A DNA stretch of 64,000 nucleotides, taken from Longimicrobiales bacterium. Lineage in GTDB: Bacteria > Gemmatimonadota > Gemmatimonadetes > Longimicrobiales > Gaopeijiaceae. A model generated the notes under the pieces. It saw only the letters and a list, made by a program, of their open reading frames with translations. It was not told the DNA's origin and searched no databases. A program made the translations under genes and the position numbers. Below, one piece after another: positions 27,038 through 37,702 of the stretch (the stretch's first letter is position 1; every line of letters starts with the position of its first letter). The stretch lies in the NCBI GenBank assembly GCA_965204735.1, contig OZ242008.1:1760001-1824000 (forward strand). Direction: 5' to 3'.

Positions 27038-27155
27038 GGCTGGTGGCCACAGCGCAGGTGACACACCCGATCCCATCCCGAACTCGGCAGTTAAGCCCTG
27101 CAGCGCGGATGGTACTGCTGGGGCAACCCGGTGGGAGAGTACGTCGCTGCCAGCC
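27038..27155 (+). rRNA. rrf: 5S rRNA
   Basis: GGCTGGTGGC...CCCGATCCCATCCCGAACTCGG...GATGGTACT...GGGAGAGTA...GCTGCCAGCC. Confidence 0.97.
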
Positions 27156-27165
27156 TGTCGTGCGA

Positions 27166-27205
27166 AGCGCTCCGTTCGGCCCTCGAGGCCGGGCGGAGCG
27201 TTTTT
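27166..27205 (+). terminator. Rho-independent terminator of the 23S-5S unit
   Basis: Stem CGCTCCGTTCGGCC / GGCCGGGCGGAGCG (with G-U pairs) followed by TTTTT. Confidence 0.85.
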
Positions 27206-27270
27206 GCGTCTTGGGGGCGTGCCCGAGCACCGGCTGGGGGCCGGGAGCGCGGCCGTGGTCCTGGACGGGC

Positions 27271-27891
27271 CTATTGCCGGAGTGCGATGCGTACGATGAT
27301 GGCAGGATTGGGGGCGGCCATGACGGCGTGGGCCATGGCGGCTCCGGCGGCTCCGGCTCGGAGGACCAGGGGGACTTGGGCGGGGACGACGCCTCCGATC
27401 CCGACGACGGGGATCGACACTGCGGAGGCGACGCGGGAGAGGCCCTCCAGGCCTATGGGCGCGTTCGTCTTGGCCTTCGTGGAGGTGGCGAAGACGGCGC
27501 CGCATCCGATGTAGCTTGCGCCGTCGGCCTCTGCGGCGCGGGCGGCGGAGGGGTCGGAGGCGGAGAAGCCGATCAGGAAGCCGGGGGGAGCCAGGGCGCG
27601 GGCAGCGGTGACGGGGAGGTCGTTGGGTCCCAAGTGGACGCCGTCGGCGCCGACGGCGAGGGCCAGGTCGAGACGGTCGTTCACGAAGAAGAGCGCGCCG
27701 TCGGCCCGGGTGTCCGCGCGGAGACTCCGGGCCAGGGGCAGGAGGTCGCGGGGCGGGAGGCGCTTGTCGCGGAGCTGGACGGCAGGGGCGCCGGCGGCGA
27801 GGGCGTCGCCCACGACTTCCAGGACGTCCCTGGGACGGGCGGAGGCCCGGTCGGTGACGACGACGAGGCGGAGCCGCCGGCTCAGGTCCAT
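27271..27891 (-). CDS. thiE: Thiamine-phosphate synthase
   Basis: VQLRDK, VNDRLDLALAVGADGVHLG, FATSTK and PVVGIGG. Confidence 0.95.
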   Translation of the reverse strand: MDLSRRLRLVVVTDRASARPRDVLEVVGDALAAGAPAVQLRDKRLPPRDLLPLARSLRADTRADGALFFVNDRLDLALAVGADGVHLGPNDLPVTAARALAPPGFLIGFSASDPSAARAAEADGASYIGCGAVFATSTKAKTNAPIGLEGLSRVASAVSIPVVGIGGVVPAQVPLVLRAGAAGAAMAHAVMAAPNPAIIVRIALRQ

Positions 27892-27898
27892 GGCGGGT

Positions 27899-28978
27899 TC
27901 AGCGGGAGCGGGAGGGGCCGGACTCCCGACGGATGCGCGCGCGGGCGGCGCCGTGTTCTTGGAGAGATCGACTGAATGCGTGGCTGCCGTCGGGCCTTGC
28001 GACGAAGTAGAGGTAATTAGTGTCGGCAGGCGCCAGGGTGGCGTCGAGCGCGGCGGCGCCGGGAGCGGCGATGGGGCCGGGAGGGAGGCCTGCCCGGGTG
28101 TACGTGTTGTAGGGGTGGTCGGCCACCGAGTCCATGGCGGAGTAGAGGAGGCGGGGCCGGTAGCCGCCGAGGGCGTAGAGGACGGTGGGGTCGGCCTGGA
28201 GCGGCATGCCGATGCGCAGCCGGTTGTGGTAGACGCTGGAGATCGTCGGCATCTCGTCCACCCTCCGCGCCTCTGCTTGAATGATCGACGCCAAGGTGAC
28301 GGCTTCCTGCTCGGTGAGGCCGGCCGCCGCGAGGAGGTCGCGACGCTCCGGCGTCCAGTAGCGGCGGTAGCGGGCGACCATGGCCTCCACCACGGCGTGC
28401 ACGCCCACGCCCTCGGCGAAGCGGTAGGTGTCCGGGAAGAGGTAGCCTTCGAGCCCTGGTCCGGGGACCGCCCACCGGGAGTGGAGATCGGGCGCCGAGA
28501 GCGAGCGCGCCACCTCGGCCGAATCGTCCCCCGCCGCTGCCGCGATGCGGCCCGCCATGGCGCGGATCGTCAGCCCCTCGGGGATCGTGACGGCATGGCT
28601 GACGACTCGTCCCTCCGCCAGCGCCTGCAGCAGCTGGGAGGAGCGCACGGCTGCGGGGACGCGGTAGGTGCCCGCCTTCACCGATCGGTCCTGGCCGGTG
28701 ATCCGGGCGCGGGCGCGGAAGAGGAGGGGCCGCGCAACGATCCGGCGCGCCACGAGGGTGTCCACCACGTCCTGAAAGGTGGCTCCGGCGGGGACGCGGA
28801 AGACGACGACGCCGTCGCCGGAGGAGGCGGGCGCCGTCGGGGCCAGCAGCGCGCGCACGAGCACCGCGGCGAGGAGGACGGCAAGGGCCAGCGGAGCGGC
28901 CAGGACGACGGCTCGGCCGTAGCCCCTTGGCGTGCCGGCGCTACCGCCGGTCGCTTGAGCGGTCGCCTTGCCGGGCAT
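27899..28978 (-). CDS. mltG: Endolytic transglycosylase MltG
   Basis: TIPEG, LEGYLFPDTY, TLASIIQAE, NRLRIGMPLQADPT and PYNTY...GLPPGPI. Start ATG 28978 is inferred. Confidence 0.94.
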   Translation of the reverse strand: MPGKATAQATGGSAGTPRGYGRAVVLAAPLALAVLLAAVLVRALLAPTAPASSGDGVVVFRVPAGATFQDVVDTLVARRIVARPLLFRARARITGQDRSVKAGTYRVPAAVRSSQLLQALAEGRVVSHAVTIPEGLTIRAMAGRIAAAAGDDSAEVARSLSAPDLHSRWAVPGPGLEGYLFPDTYRFAEGVGVHAVVEAMVARYRRYWTPERRDLLAAAGLTEQEAVTLASIIQAEARRVDEMPTISSVYHNRLRIGMPLQADPTVLYALGGYRPRLLYSAMDSVADHPYNTYTRAGLPPGPIAAPGAAALDATLAPADTNYLYFVARPDGSHAFSRSLQEHGAARARIRRESGPSRSR

Positions 28979-29477
28979 CGGGGTGTTCGGCCTCGGGCCG
29001 GCTGGCGTCGAGCCTGTCGGCTCTGGGCTGCCGGTTGGCGTCGAGCCAGTCCTGGAGGATGACGGCTGCTGCTGCGGCATCGATCCTGGCCTTGTCCTCC
29101 CGCTTGGCTTTGGGAAGCCCGATCGACCGGAGACGGGCCGAAGCCTCGACCGAAGAGTAGCGCTCGTCGTGGAACTCGACCGGGAGGCGGCCCCTCTCCC
29201 CCAGCCGCTTCCCGAAGGCGCGGACTTCCGCTGTCCAGTCATTTTCGCGCCCGTCGGTGTCCAAGGGAAGCCCGACGACGACGAGCCGCACCTTGTGCCG
29301 GTCGGCCAACTGCAGAAGCTGGGCCACGGGAGGGCGCTTCCCGGTCCGGCGCTGGAGGGTGGCGAGGGGGGTCGCCAGGGTCGCGCCGACGTCGCTCATG
29401 GCGACTCCGATGCGGCGGCGGCCGTAGTCCAGTCCCATGATCCGTCCGGGCGCGCAGGCGCGGGTTTCCCCCGTCAC
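28941..29477 (-). CDS. ruvX: YqgF/RuvX pre-16S rRNA nuclease
   Basis: GLDYGRRRIGVAMSD, VVGLP, DERYSS and IDAAAAAVILQDWLD. The GTG start overlaps the helicase stop; an alternative ATG is at 29438. Confidence 0.94.
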   Translation of the reverse strand: MTGETRACAPGRIMGLDYGRRRIGVAMSDVGATLATPLATLQRRTGKRPPVAQLLQLADRHKVRLVVVGLPLDTDGRENDWTAEVRAFGKRLGERGRLPVEFHDERYSSVEASARLRSIGLPKAKREDKARIDAAAAAVILQDWLDANRQPRADRLDASRPEAEHPDARQGDRSSDRR

Positions 29478-32400
29478 GACGGGTCCTCGGCGCGGGCCAG
29501 GAGATCGGCGAAGTCGTAGTTGACGCTGGTGACGCCGAAGTCCGGTTCCCGCCGGAAGGGGCGTCGCAGGTAGCGGACCCGGTGCTCGGCCTCGTCCAGG
29601 AACTCGACGATGGCCAGGATGTAGTCGCCGGGCTTGTTCAGCGAGCAGAGGATCTCGTTGCGCGTGACGGTGATCGTGCGCGCGCCCGCAACGCGCCCCT
29701 TGACCTCGATGAAGCGAAGCTTGCCCGTGCCGGGAACTCGGCTCTCGACGTCGTAGCCCAGCCGGTCGAACTCGCGGTCCACGGGCTCGAAGCCCAGCCG
29801 GCGCTCGACCTCCATGACGGCTTCGCGAGCGCGGGCGGCGGCGGCCTGGGTGTCGCGCGGCCCGAGGGGAGCAAGAGGGGCGTCGGTCTCTTCGGCGTCC
29901 GCCCGCCCGCCGATCTCCCGGAGCAAGCCCACCGGCACGACCAGCACGCCGCCCAGCACGACAGGCGCCCGCGAAGATATCTGGCGCTCCAGTTCCAGCG
30001 CCGCCAACCGCTTCCCGAGCCGCACCTGAAGGGCGTCGGCCCGCCTGGCGGCCTCGCCGGAGGCCAAGCGGGCGCCGGCCGTGAGCCCGTCGCCGGAGTC
30101 GAGCCCGCTGTCGCTGCCCGTCGCGGAATCCGCACCGGCCCCACCCGCCGCCTCCCGAGCCTTGAGTTCCTGCGCCCGGTGGTCCCAGTAGTTGATCTCG
30201 TTGGTGAGGCGGCCCTTGACGGCGGCCTGCGTCTTGTCGATCAGCGGATGTCGAAAGCTCCTCGCTTCCTCCAGGTGCCGGGGCGCGGCCTGCGCCACGG
30301 CCCACTCCACCATGCGCGCCTCCAGTCCGTCGCCGACCCAGCCGCACTCGGGGCGGTCCAGAATGGCGGCGGTCTCCGGTTCGGCGCTGGTCAGCGGGCG
30401 ATAGTCGAGGTAGGGTGCGCACTCCACCTGCCGGATGCGGCCCGATCCGTCCATCTCCAGGTGAAGCACCTTCTTGGACACGATCCGGCGTTCGCCGCCC
30501 TGCGTCGTGCCGCCCTCCTGCACGGCGTGTTCCAGGTAGAAGAGCACCCGAGGCTCGACGCCGCCGTCGCGTTCGTCCACGAGCACCGTCCCGCGCTTCA
30601 GCAGCTCGCGGTGGCGCTCCAGCGTCAAGTCCAGGACCGCGTCCAGCAGGGGATGACCCGGGCACACGAACGCCGCCGGGGGCTGGCCGACAGGAGGCTC
30701 CATCTCCTTGTCGAAAGCGATGCGCTCGTAGCGGGACAGCACCGGCTCCCGAGCGCCCGCTGACCGACCCCGAGCGCGCACGGCGGCAGGCACGTGGGTG
30801 ACCTGATAGCGGCGAGGCTCCCGTTTCCGCGCCTTGCCGCCCAGCCGCCGAAACGCCTCGACGAAGAACGACTCCACGTAGTGCGGTTGGAGCCGGCGGG
30901 CCTCGGCGCGCTCCATCTCTTCGCGCACCTTGTGCAGCTTCCGGGCGTCGATCGCGCCGTGGGCAAGGGCTTCGTCCTCCAGCAGGTCGCGAAGCCTGTC
31001 CCGGTCCAGGGCGTGCTCCACGACCCTGTCGAGACGGGCCTTCACCTCCGGCTGCTCGCCGTAGCGCACCGCCTCCGTCAGCAGGTCGCGCAACGGCCTG
31101 CCCTCGAAGTGGAGCTTCCCCAGCACGTCGAAGACCTTGCCGCCCAGGGCCTCCCGCGCCTGCTCCAGCTTCTCGAGAAGCCGGCGGTACACGTCGCCCT
31201 CGCGGGTTTCGGCGGCGACGAGGTTCCAGATGTGGCACACCTGGCGCTGGCCGATTCGGTGGATGCGCCCGAAGCGCTGCTCGATCCGGTTGGGGTTCCA
31301 GGGCAGGTCGTAGTTCACCATCAGGTGCGCGCGTTGCAGGTTGACCCCTTCCCCCGCCGCGTCGGTGGCCAAGAGCACTTGCGTCTCGGGGTCGTGGCGG
31401 AACGCCTCCTGGGCCTTCAACCGGTCTTCGCGCCTCATGCCCCCGTGGACGACGACCAAGCTGCCGGGCCGTCCCAGCAGCGTCGCGATGCGCGTCTGCA
31501 GGTAGTCCAGCGTGTCCCGGTGTTCCGTGAAGATCACCAGCTTCTGCGTGGCCGAAGGCTTGTGCGGCGGGATTTCGCCCGCGCCGTAGGGGAGCTCGGG
31601 GGACTCCATGACGCGCCCCCGCAGGCCCGACGACGTGAAGACCTGGCGAAAGACGTCGGCCAGCTCCTGCCACTTGGCGTCCGTGCCGCTCCGAAGCACG
31701 TCCGTGGCCAGGCGTTCCAGCCGTCGCAGGACGGCGATCTCCGCCTTCAGTTCGGGGATGGTGCGGGCGGCTGTCGCCCTGCTCAGCACTTCGGCCTCGG
31801 CGGACTGTCGCTCGATCTCGGGCGCGTCTTCCAGGTCGGCAAGGGCCTCGGCGTCGTCCAGGTCGAAGGCGGGCGTCGAGGGTGCGGACTCGGCTTCTCG
31901 GAGCCGGCCCTCCAACCGCTCCCGTCGCCTTCGCAGGGAGTGGTGAATCGCGGCGGGCGACGACGCCAAGCGCCGTTGCAGGATCGTAAGGGCGAAGCCG
32001 ACGTTGCCCGCCCGCCGATCGTTCTCGAGGGCCTCGGCGCGGTTGAACTCCTCGCGCACGTACTGCGTGACCTCGGCGTACAGGTGCGCCTCGGTGTCGG
32101 ACAGCCTGTACGGCACCGTGTGGGCCTTACGCTCGGGGAAGAGGGGCGTGCCGTCGAAGCGAAGCAGCCCTTCCTTGACGACGCGACGCATGATGTCGGA
32201 CACGTCGGTCACGTGCACGCCGTCCCGGAACCGGCCCTCGAAGCGGTCGCCGTCCAGCAGCGACATGAAGAGCTGGAAGTCCTGTTCCTTGCCGTTGTGG
32301 GGCGTGGCGGTCATGAGCAGGAAGTGGCGCGTCAGCCCGGAGAGCAGCTGTCCCAGCTTGTGGCGCTTGGTGTACTTGACTTCGCCGCCGAAGTACGTGG

Positions 32401-33112
32401 CCGACATCTTGTGGGCCTCGTCGCACACCACCAAGTCCCAGCGGCACTCCGGCGCCTTGAGCAGCTCCTGCACGTCCTCGTTCCGCGACAGCTTGTCCAA
32501 GCGCGCGATGATCAGGTCCGCCTCCACGAACCAGTTGCCCGTGAGCGCCGCCTCCAGCTTGTCGTTGGCGAGGATCTCGAACGGCAGGTCGAAGCGGTCG
32601 CGCAGCTCGTCCTGCCACTGCTCCGCCAGCGCCCCCGGACACACCACCAGGCAGCGCTCCAGGTCGCCCCGAGCGACAAGCTCCCGCATGAGCAGCCCCG
32701 CCATGATCGTCTTCCCGGCTCCCGGATCGTCCGCCAGCAGGAAGCGCAGCGGCTGCCGGGGCAGCATCGTCTCGTACACCGCCGTGATCTGGTGCGGCAG
32801 CGGCTCGACGTGCGAAGTGTGGACGGCCAGCATGGGGTCGAAGAGGTGCGCCAGCCGAATCCGCAGCGCCTCCGACACCAGCCGGAACAGCGCCCCGTCG
32901 CCGTCGAAGCTCCACGGCCGCTCCTGTGCGACGACCTCCAGGCGCGCCTCGTCGTCCCGGTAGAGCAGCCTGTCGGCGATCCGGCCGTCGGGTGCCTTGT
33001 AGACGAGTTCCAGCGCTTCGGACCCGAACCACTTGATGCCGACGACGGTGGCCAGGCCGTCCGGGAGCACCCCGCGTACGGTGGTGCCGGGGGTCAGGTC
33101 TTCAAGGCGCAC
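29474..33112 (-). CDS. SNF2-family helicase with a C-terminal DUF3883 (PD-(D/E)xK-like) nuclease
   Basis: LADDPGAGKT, CDEAHK, MTATPHNG, AAGEGVNLQ and EQRFGRIHRIGQ. C-terminal GYDVES...FIEVKGR...TRNE. Confidence 0.93.
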   Translation of the reverse strand: MRLEDLTPGTTVRGVLPDGLATVVGIKWFGSEALELVYKAPDGRIADRLLYRDDEARLEVVAQERPWSFDGDGALFRLVSEALRIRLAHLFDPMLAVHTSHVEPLPHQITAVYETMLPRQPLRFLLADDPGAGKTIMAGLLMRELVARGDLERCLVVCPGALAEQWQDELRDRFDLPFEILANDKLEAALTGNWFVEADLIIARLDKLSRNEDVQELLKAPECRWDLVVCDEAHKMSATYFGGEVKYTKRHKLGQLLSGLTRHFLLMTATPHNGKEQDFQLFMSLLDGDRFEGRFRDGVHVTDVSDIMRRVVKEGLLRFDGTPLFPERKAHTVPYRLSDTEAHLYAEVTQYVREEFNRAEALENDRRAGNVGFALTILQRRLASSPAAIHHSLRRRRERLEGRLREAESAPSTPAFDLDDAEALADLEDAPEIERQSAEAEVLSRATAARTIPELKAEIAVLRRLERLATDVLRSGTDAKWQELADVFRQVFTSSGLRGRVMESPELPYGAGEIPPHKPSATQKLVIFTEHRDTLDYLQTRIATLLGRPGSLVVVHGGMRREDRLKAQEAFRHDPETQVLLATDAAGEGVNLQRAHLMVNYDLPWNPNRIEQRFGRIHRIGQRQVCHIWNLVAAETREGDVYRRLLEKLEQAREALGGKVFDVLGKLHFEGRPLRDLLTEAVRYGEQPEVKARLDRVVEHALDRDRLRDLLEDEALAHGAIDARKLHKVREEMERAEARRLQPHYVESFFVEAFRRLGGKARKREPRRYQVTHVPAAVRARGRSAGAREPVLSRYERIAFDKEMEPPVGQPPAAFVCPGHPLLDAVLDLTLERHRELLKRGTVLVDERDGGVEPRVLFYLEHAVQEGGTTQGGERRIVSKKVLHLEMDGSGRIRQVECAPYLDYRPLTSAEPETAAILDRPECGWVGDGLEARMVEWAVAQAAPRHLEEARSFRHPLIDKTQAAVKGRLTNEINYWDHRAQELKAREAAGGAGADSATGSDSGLDSGDGLTAGARLASGEAARRADALQVRLGKRLAALELERQISSRAPVVLGGVLVVPVGLLREIGGRADAEETDAPLAPLGPRDTQAAAARAREAVMEVERRLGFEPVDREFDRLGYDVESRVPGTGKLRFIEVKGRVAGARTITVTRNEILCSLNKPGDYILAIVEFLDEAEHRVRYLRRPFRREPDFGVTSVNYDFADLLARAEDPS

Positions 33113-33299
33113 GGGCGAGGCCTTGGCTGGGGTTTGACGAGGGGGACAGGGGAAGATAGGGTGACCTTACGGCGTTGGACTACATTCCGGGCAAGACGGA
33201 GGAACTCATGGATGGCTGGCACGGGGAGGTGCGGCGGGTGCGCCCGCCTAGCCCGCGTCCTCGGCGATGTGACGGGAAGCGGTCATTGGAGGACCCGAC

Positions 33300-34364
33300 G
33301 TGACACAGGCAGAGCCTCGTACTGAGACTGACGGCCGTGCTCCCAGATATTGGATGCGGTCTCTGTCATTCTTGGCGCTACATCGGATGCTGGCTGAACT
33401 TGGCTCGTTTCCTAACGGCCTACGGGCGGGCGAACTAAATCGCGTGGTCATCGAAAACAAGATACTGCATCGGCAAGGACAAGCACCTAAGCCGACAACA
33501 CTGTATCACTACCGCACCATGTTACTTCGCCTAGGCATAGTGGAACGACGCGGCCTAAAGCTGATTGTTCGATCCGACGATCGCACTGTTGTCGCTCTTC
33601 TGAATTCCCCTCCCCCCCCTGAAGGAGTCGCATCCTTGAATTCTGCTGCGAAGCATCACTTTGCAACGCTGATTCTAAGAAACAAGGACTGCTTGGCAAT
33701 GTTCTTTGGTAGGTTCATCGTTTCGTCGGAGACCGTGTCGGTATCAGACTTCCGTAGCAAGGGTGTACCTGTCAAGTACACGATACGGTATTCTGCGGAT
33801 TGTGTAGAGATTAGGCTAGAGAACTCTGTAACCGGTGACGCACCCCCAATCACATCTCCCCGCACCAGGAAAGGTTCGCCACCTATGGTTCAGGCTATAC
33901 CATACGGGATGCGCTATTGGGCTCGGGATGAACTAGGTCTTATTGATGAATACTGCCGACACGACGACGGTGGAATTGTCATGTTTCCGATACTACAACT
34001 TGACGATAGACCTAAGGGGATTGCATTGGCTGCTCGTAGAACGGCAGGCCAGATTCTGTCGCTGCGTGGACCAGAGGAATGGACCGTATTTTCGGTCGGT
34101 GATCTAATCGTCCAGTGTTGCGAACAGCGTCGACAGCCCATCTCGCTACTGTTTCGGGCGATCGACATACTAATGGACGAGTGTCCGCATTTCATAGTAG
34201 CGATTCCAACACCTAGGCGTCTGGCAACCATTACCGCTGTGTCGCCGGGCCGGGAAGAAATGGAACTCAAACAATACTATCGGTATCGAAGAGCGCACGG
34301 GCCATACGTTGCCCATATCCGCATTCATCGCGATGCTGAGCTACTCGATTCGCATGGGAGCTGA
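33300..34364 (+). CDS. Hypothetical protein, probably winged-helix DNA-binding (low GC)
   Basis: 354-aa open frame in AT-richer DNA, with RBS GGAGG. The N-terminal GLRAGELN...PTTLYHYRTMLLRLGIVERRG looks like a wHTH. Confidence 0.7.
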   Translation: MTQAEPRTETDGRAPRYWMRSLSFLALHRMLAELGSFPNGLRAGELNRVVIENKILHRQGQAPKPTTLYHYRTMLLRLGIVERRGLKLIVRSDDRTVVALLNSPPPPEGVASLNSAAKHHFATLILRNKDCLAMFFGRFIVSSETVSVSDFRSKGVPVKYTIRYSADCVEIRLENSVTGDAPPITSPRTRKGSPPMVQAIPYGMRYWARDELGLIDEYCRHDDGGIVMFPILQLDDRPKGIALAARRTAGQILSLRGPEEWTVFSVGDLIVQCCEQRRQPISLLFRAIDILMDECPHFIVAIPTPRRLATITAVSPGREEMELKQYYRYRRAHGPYVAHIRIHRDAELLDSHGS

Positions 34365-34476
34365 TTCGGTCCTTGATATGCTGAAGAGGACCAGCACCTG
34401 CATGGTCTACGATCCGTGCGGGCGCCGTGTCGAACGACAACCGAGATGAGACGATAGTGACAACCAAGACTGGGGT

Positions 34477-35010
34477 TGTTATCGGCCACTGAAAATTGCA
34501 CACTTCTGCCTCTTGACGAAGCGGTGGCGCGAGCCCTTGGGCTGTTGTCCGCGTGGATCAAGTACGCTGCGTCTTCATCCCAAGCCGGAGGAAGACACGA
34601 TGTTCAAGAGGGAGAAGCGAGTGTTGTTGCGACGCTACCTCGAGCAGGGGGGTACCGAAGGCGGAGGTCGCCCGTCGCGTCGGAGTGAGCCGGATGACGG
34701 GTCTACCACTTGGATCGAAACCCGGGCAGCTCGATCATGAACTCGACGCCGAGCCCGTGCGGTAACGGGCTCCGGCGACGGACGCCGTCGAAGCTGGACC
34801 CCTTACAAAGGCGATCATCGCCGGGCGGTTGGCCACGTACCCGAAGCTCCCGGCGTCCCCGGCTGTACCCGGGAGGTGCGGGAGTCGGGTTACCGCTCGG
34901 TCGTCCCGGTCGCGGCTCGGCAGCCGGCACCACATCGTCAACATCCGAGGCAACAGCTGGCGGACGCGACGCCATGCGGCTGAGCTGGCCAAGGCACTGG
35001 AGGGCCAGCC
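34477..35010 (+). pseudogene. Degenerate IS21-family remnant: left end, frameshifted istA 5' part joined to the istB 3' end
   Basis: End TGTTATCGGCCACTGAAAATTGCACAC. From ATG 34600, across frameshifts: MFKREKRVLLRRYLEQG/PKAEVARRVGVSR/PSKLDP. Then HHIVNIRGNSWR, typical of the IstB C-terminus. Confidence 0.78.
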
Positions 35011-35347
35011 GTTGGACGACAGTTCTGGGCGGAGGGAAGGGAATCGTGACCAAGAGCTGGGGCCGGGCCTCGCCGGAGGCGGCGGGGCAACAGGTGGCCG
35101 GGGCCCTTGGGTGGCAGTTCGAGCCGTGTGGCGGTGCCGCTACTCAAGCGGAACCGGGAGTTGAGGGCGGTGGCGGTGTCTGCCGAGATGCGGAGGTTGG
35201 ACCCGGAGTTCCGGTTTGGATCCCGGCGGACACCCGAGCGGCGGGTGTCCGCGGGCGCGGGAGTGGTCCCGCTCTCGTCATCTCCCGCCGCACGATCCCG
35301 AGCGTCTCATCTTTGAGGCTCTTCGCCTGATGTGGTGGGGAGGGACA

Positions 35348-36423
35348 TGTCAAGCCAAAGTAGAAATGTCCCCCCTGGTGGTGTGGACGATGGGTTCTTC
35401 CTGAGGCCGAGGGCCAGGTGTTGGGCGCAGGACGCGCGGCTCCAGCAAGCCTGGGCTGTACGGCGCAGGGCGCCCTGGTCCGGGCGCTTCAAGGCCAGCG
35501 GCGGCCGGGCGAGTCGAGATCGTCGCCGTGGCCAAGCTCTGGCCGGGTGGACGCCAACGCGGACGGGTCCGGACACTGCTGCCCCGATGGCTCGCAGTTC
35601 GCACTGAGCCTGCCAGCTCGGACGGTCGTGGTGCGCCGAGCGACCTGCGCAGCGCCGGCAAGCCTCGGAGGCACGGATGCCGACACCGCGGTCACGCCCG
35701 ACCTTTGCGGGAAGGGGAGTGCGACCCGCCGTCCCCGCCTGCGGGCTCAGGACGAGGCCCTGCACTGCTCGGGACCGGTCCCGTTGGAGTGGCGGCGCGG
35801 TGTTCCCGCTTGGCCACGGCCTGAGCCACGCTGGCGCTGAAGTGCTTGCTCCACGGGTGATTCCTTCCCGGCTTCGGCGGCTTGGGCCTGGGCTTGGCCG
35901 TCGCGGGCGCGGACGCCGGCTTGGGCGTCGCGGACCGGACCGATCCCAAGGCCTTGGGCGTCAGGTAGCAACCGCGATGCCGGAAGCGCAGCTCGCCCGA
36001 GAGAACGCCGTTCGACGACGACGGGGGAGCTTCAGCTCGACGCGCTCCGCCAGCAGCGTGGCGCCGAAGGCGGCGTAGTCGGGGTCCTGGCCATGGCCAG
36101 CACCCGCCCCCGCGTCTCCGACGGCAGCGACCGGTTCGACCTCCGACCCCGGAGCCCGTGCACGACCACCTCGTCGCCCGCCGCCTCGAACCGGCGGCGC
36201 ACGCGCCGGAAGTGACGTTCGGTCACCCCGAAGCGCGCCGCGCCGTCGGCCGCCGCCAGCACGCCTTCGCTCACCTGCCTCAACACCGAGATCCGGTCCC
36301 GCTCCTTCAAGCTCAACTCCATTTCGCTCCTCTCCCGGGCACGAGTTCGACTCCCGCCGAACATCGCCCGAAAGAGGACATTTCTATCTTGGTAAGACCG
36401 GACATTTCTAAATTGGCACGACA
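35348..36423 (-). mobile_element. Internally deleted IS1202-family (formerly ISNCY) element, non-autonomous
   Basis: TGT...ACA ends with IRs TGTCAAGCCAAAGTAGAAATGTCC and TGTCGTGCCAATTTAGAAATGTCC. 17-bp TSD TGTSGTGGGGAGGGACA at 35331-35347 and 36424-36440. The transposase N-terminus (ATG 36322, MELSLKERDRISVL...HGLRGRRSNR) and a C-terminal piece (PKPGRNHPW) are present, but no catalytic core. Confidence 0.85.
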
Positions 36424-36466
36424 TGTCGTGGGGAGGGACATGGAACCGGGACGGGGGCACGGCGGG

Positions 36467-37702
36467 TCAGTGCTGGGCGGGGCGCGGACAGAGGTCGAGA
36501 CCGCCGAGGTGGAAGAGAATGGCCGCGGCGAAGCGGTCCTGGTTGCGGAAGCCGCGGCACCGGGCCTTGATCGCTTGGATGCGGCTGTTGACGCCCTCGG
36601 CCGGGCCGTTGGTGGCATCAAGCACGACGGCGTTGACGATGCCCCACAGGTGCGTCCGGACCATCGCCGCCGCCTTCTCGACCGGCTCGAGCCCGGAGGC
36701 CGACGCCCATTGCAGCCAGCGCAACCACGCCGAGTGCGCCCAGCCCCGGCTGCGATATCGCCACAGCTTCGACGCCGCTTCCTTGAGCGCCCAGGCCTGG
36801 GACGTGCGCTCGACGCTCTTGCGCAACTCGGCGAACGCCAGCTTCTCGGCGTGCGTCTTCTTGCCGGCGCCCCGGAGCCACTGGTACCGCGTGCCCGCCA
36901 GCACGGCATTGCCCCGCGCCTTCAGCTCCTCGTGCTCGGCGCGCCGCACCTTGTCCACCGCGTCGCCCAGATGCTTGGCCACGTGAAAGCGGTCGAACGC
37001 CGTCTTGCTGCGCGCGTCGGCAACCCACGCCTCCGTCGCCGCCACGTAGGGCCGCCACATGTCCATCGACACGCTCTCGACCGCCGCCAGCCGCCGCTCG
37101 CCCATCGTGCGGTAGAACGCCTCCAGCGCTTCGCGGCTACGGCCCGGCGCCACGTGCAGCACGTCCTTCGTCTCCGAGTCCGACACCACCGTCACGTACT
37201 TGTGGCCCCGCTTGAACGACGTCTCGTCCACGCTCAGCCGCCGCGGCGTCTGCATCTCGCGACGTGCCAAGCCCCGGCGCACCGCGCGCTCCATGATCCC
37301 GGCGACCGCCGTCCAGCTCAAGCGCAGCCGCCGCGACACCGCAAGCACGCTCGCATCGCGCAACCAGTCGATCACCAGCGACTCGAACGCCGCCGTGTAC
37401 CTCGACCGCTCCTCCGCCCACGGCACCCGCGTCGTCGCCACCCCGTGCTCCGGACACTCCACCCGCGGCACGTCGTAGACCACGAACGTCTTGTATCCCC
37501 ATGCGTCCAGCCCGCGCCACTCCCGGCGCCGCACGTCGTAGCCCGGACACGTCCGCCCGCACTCCGGGCACCGCAACGGCGAGCCCGCCCTGCGCGCCAG
37601 CGTCACCCGCGCCTCCTGGCGCTCCGAATCCTCGTCCACGCGCTCGATCCGCCACTCCGGCCCCAGCCCCATCAGCCGCTCCACCCACTCCCGCATCTCC
37701 AT
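36467..37702 (-). CDS. ISL3-family transposase (intact)
   Basis: Zn finger CPECG...CPEHG, SVDETS, SMDMWRPY, DRFHV and TNGPAEGVNSRIQ. Confidence 0.95.
   Translation of the reverse strand: MEMREWVERLMGLGPEWRIERVDEDSERQEARVTLARRAGSPLRCPECGRTCPGYDVRRREWRGLDAWGYKTFVVYDVPRVECPEHGVATTRVPWAEERSRYTAAFESLVIDWLRDASVLAVSRRLRLSWTAVAGIMERAVRRGLARREMQTPRRLSVDETSFKRGHKYVTVVSDSETKDVLHVAPGRSREALEAFYRTMGERRLAAVESVSMDMWRPYVAATEAWVADARSKTAFDRFHVAKHLGDAVDKVRRAEHEELKARGNAVLAGTRYQWLRGAGKKTHAEKLAFAELRKSVERTSQAWALKEAASKLWRYRSRGWAHSAWLRWLQWASASGLEPVEKAAAMVRTHLWGIVNAVVLDATNGPAEGVNSRIQAIKARCRGFRNQDRFAAAILFHLGGLDLCPRPAQH

Noticed and set aside
30070..30150. Gly/Ser/Asp-rich insertion in the helicase C-terminal region
   Set aside because: A short in-frame low-complexity linker with no intein or domain features.
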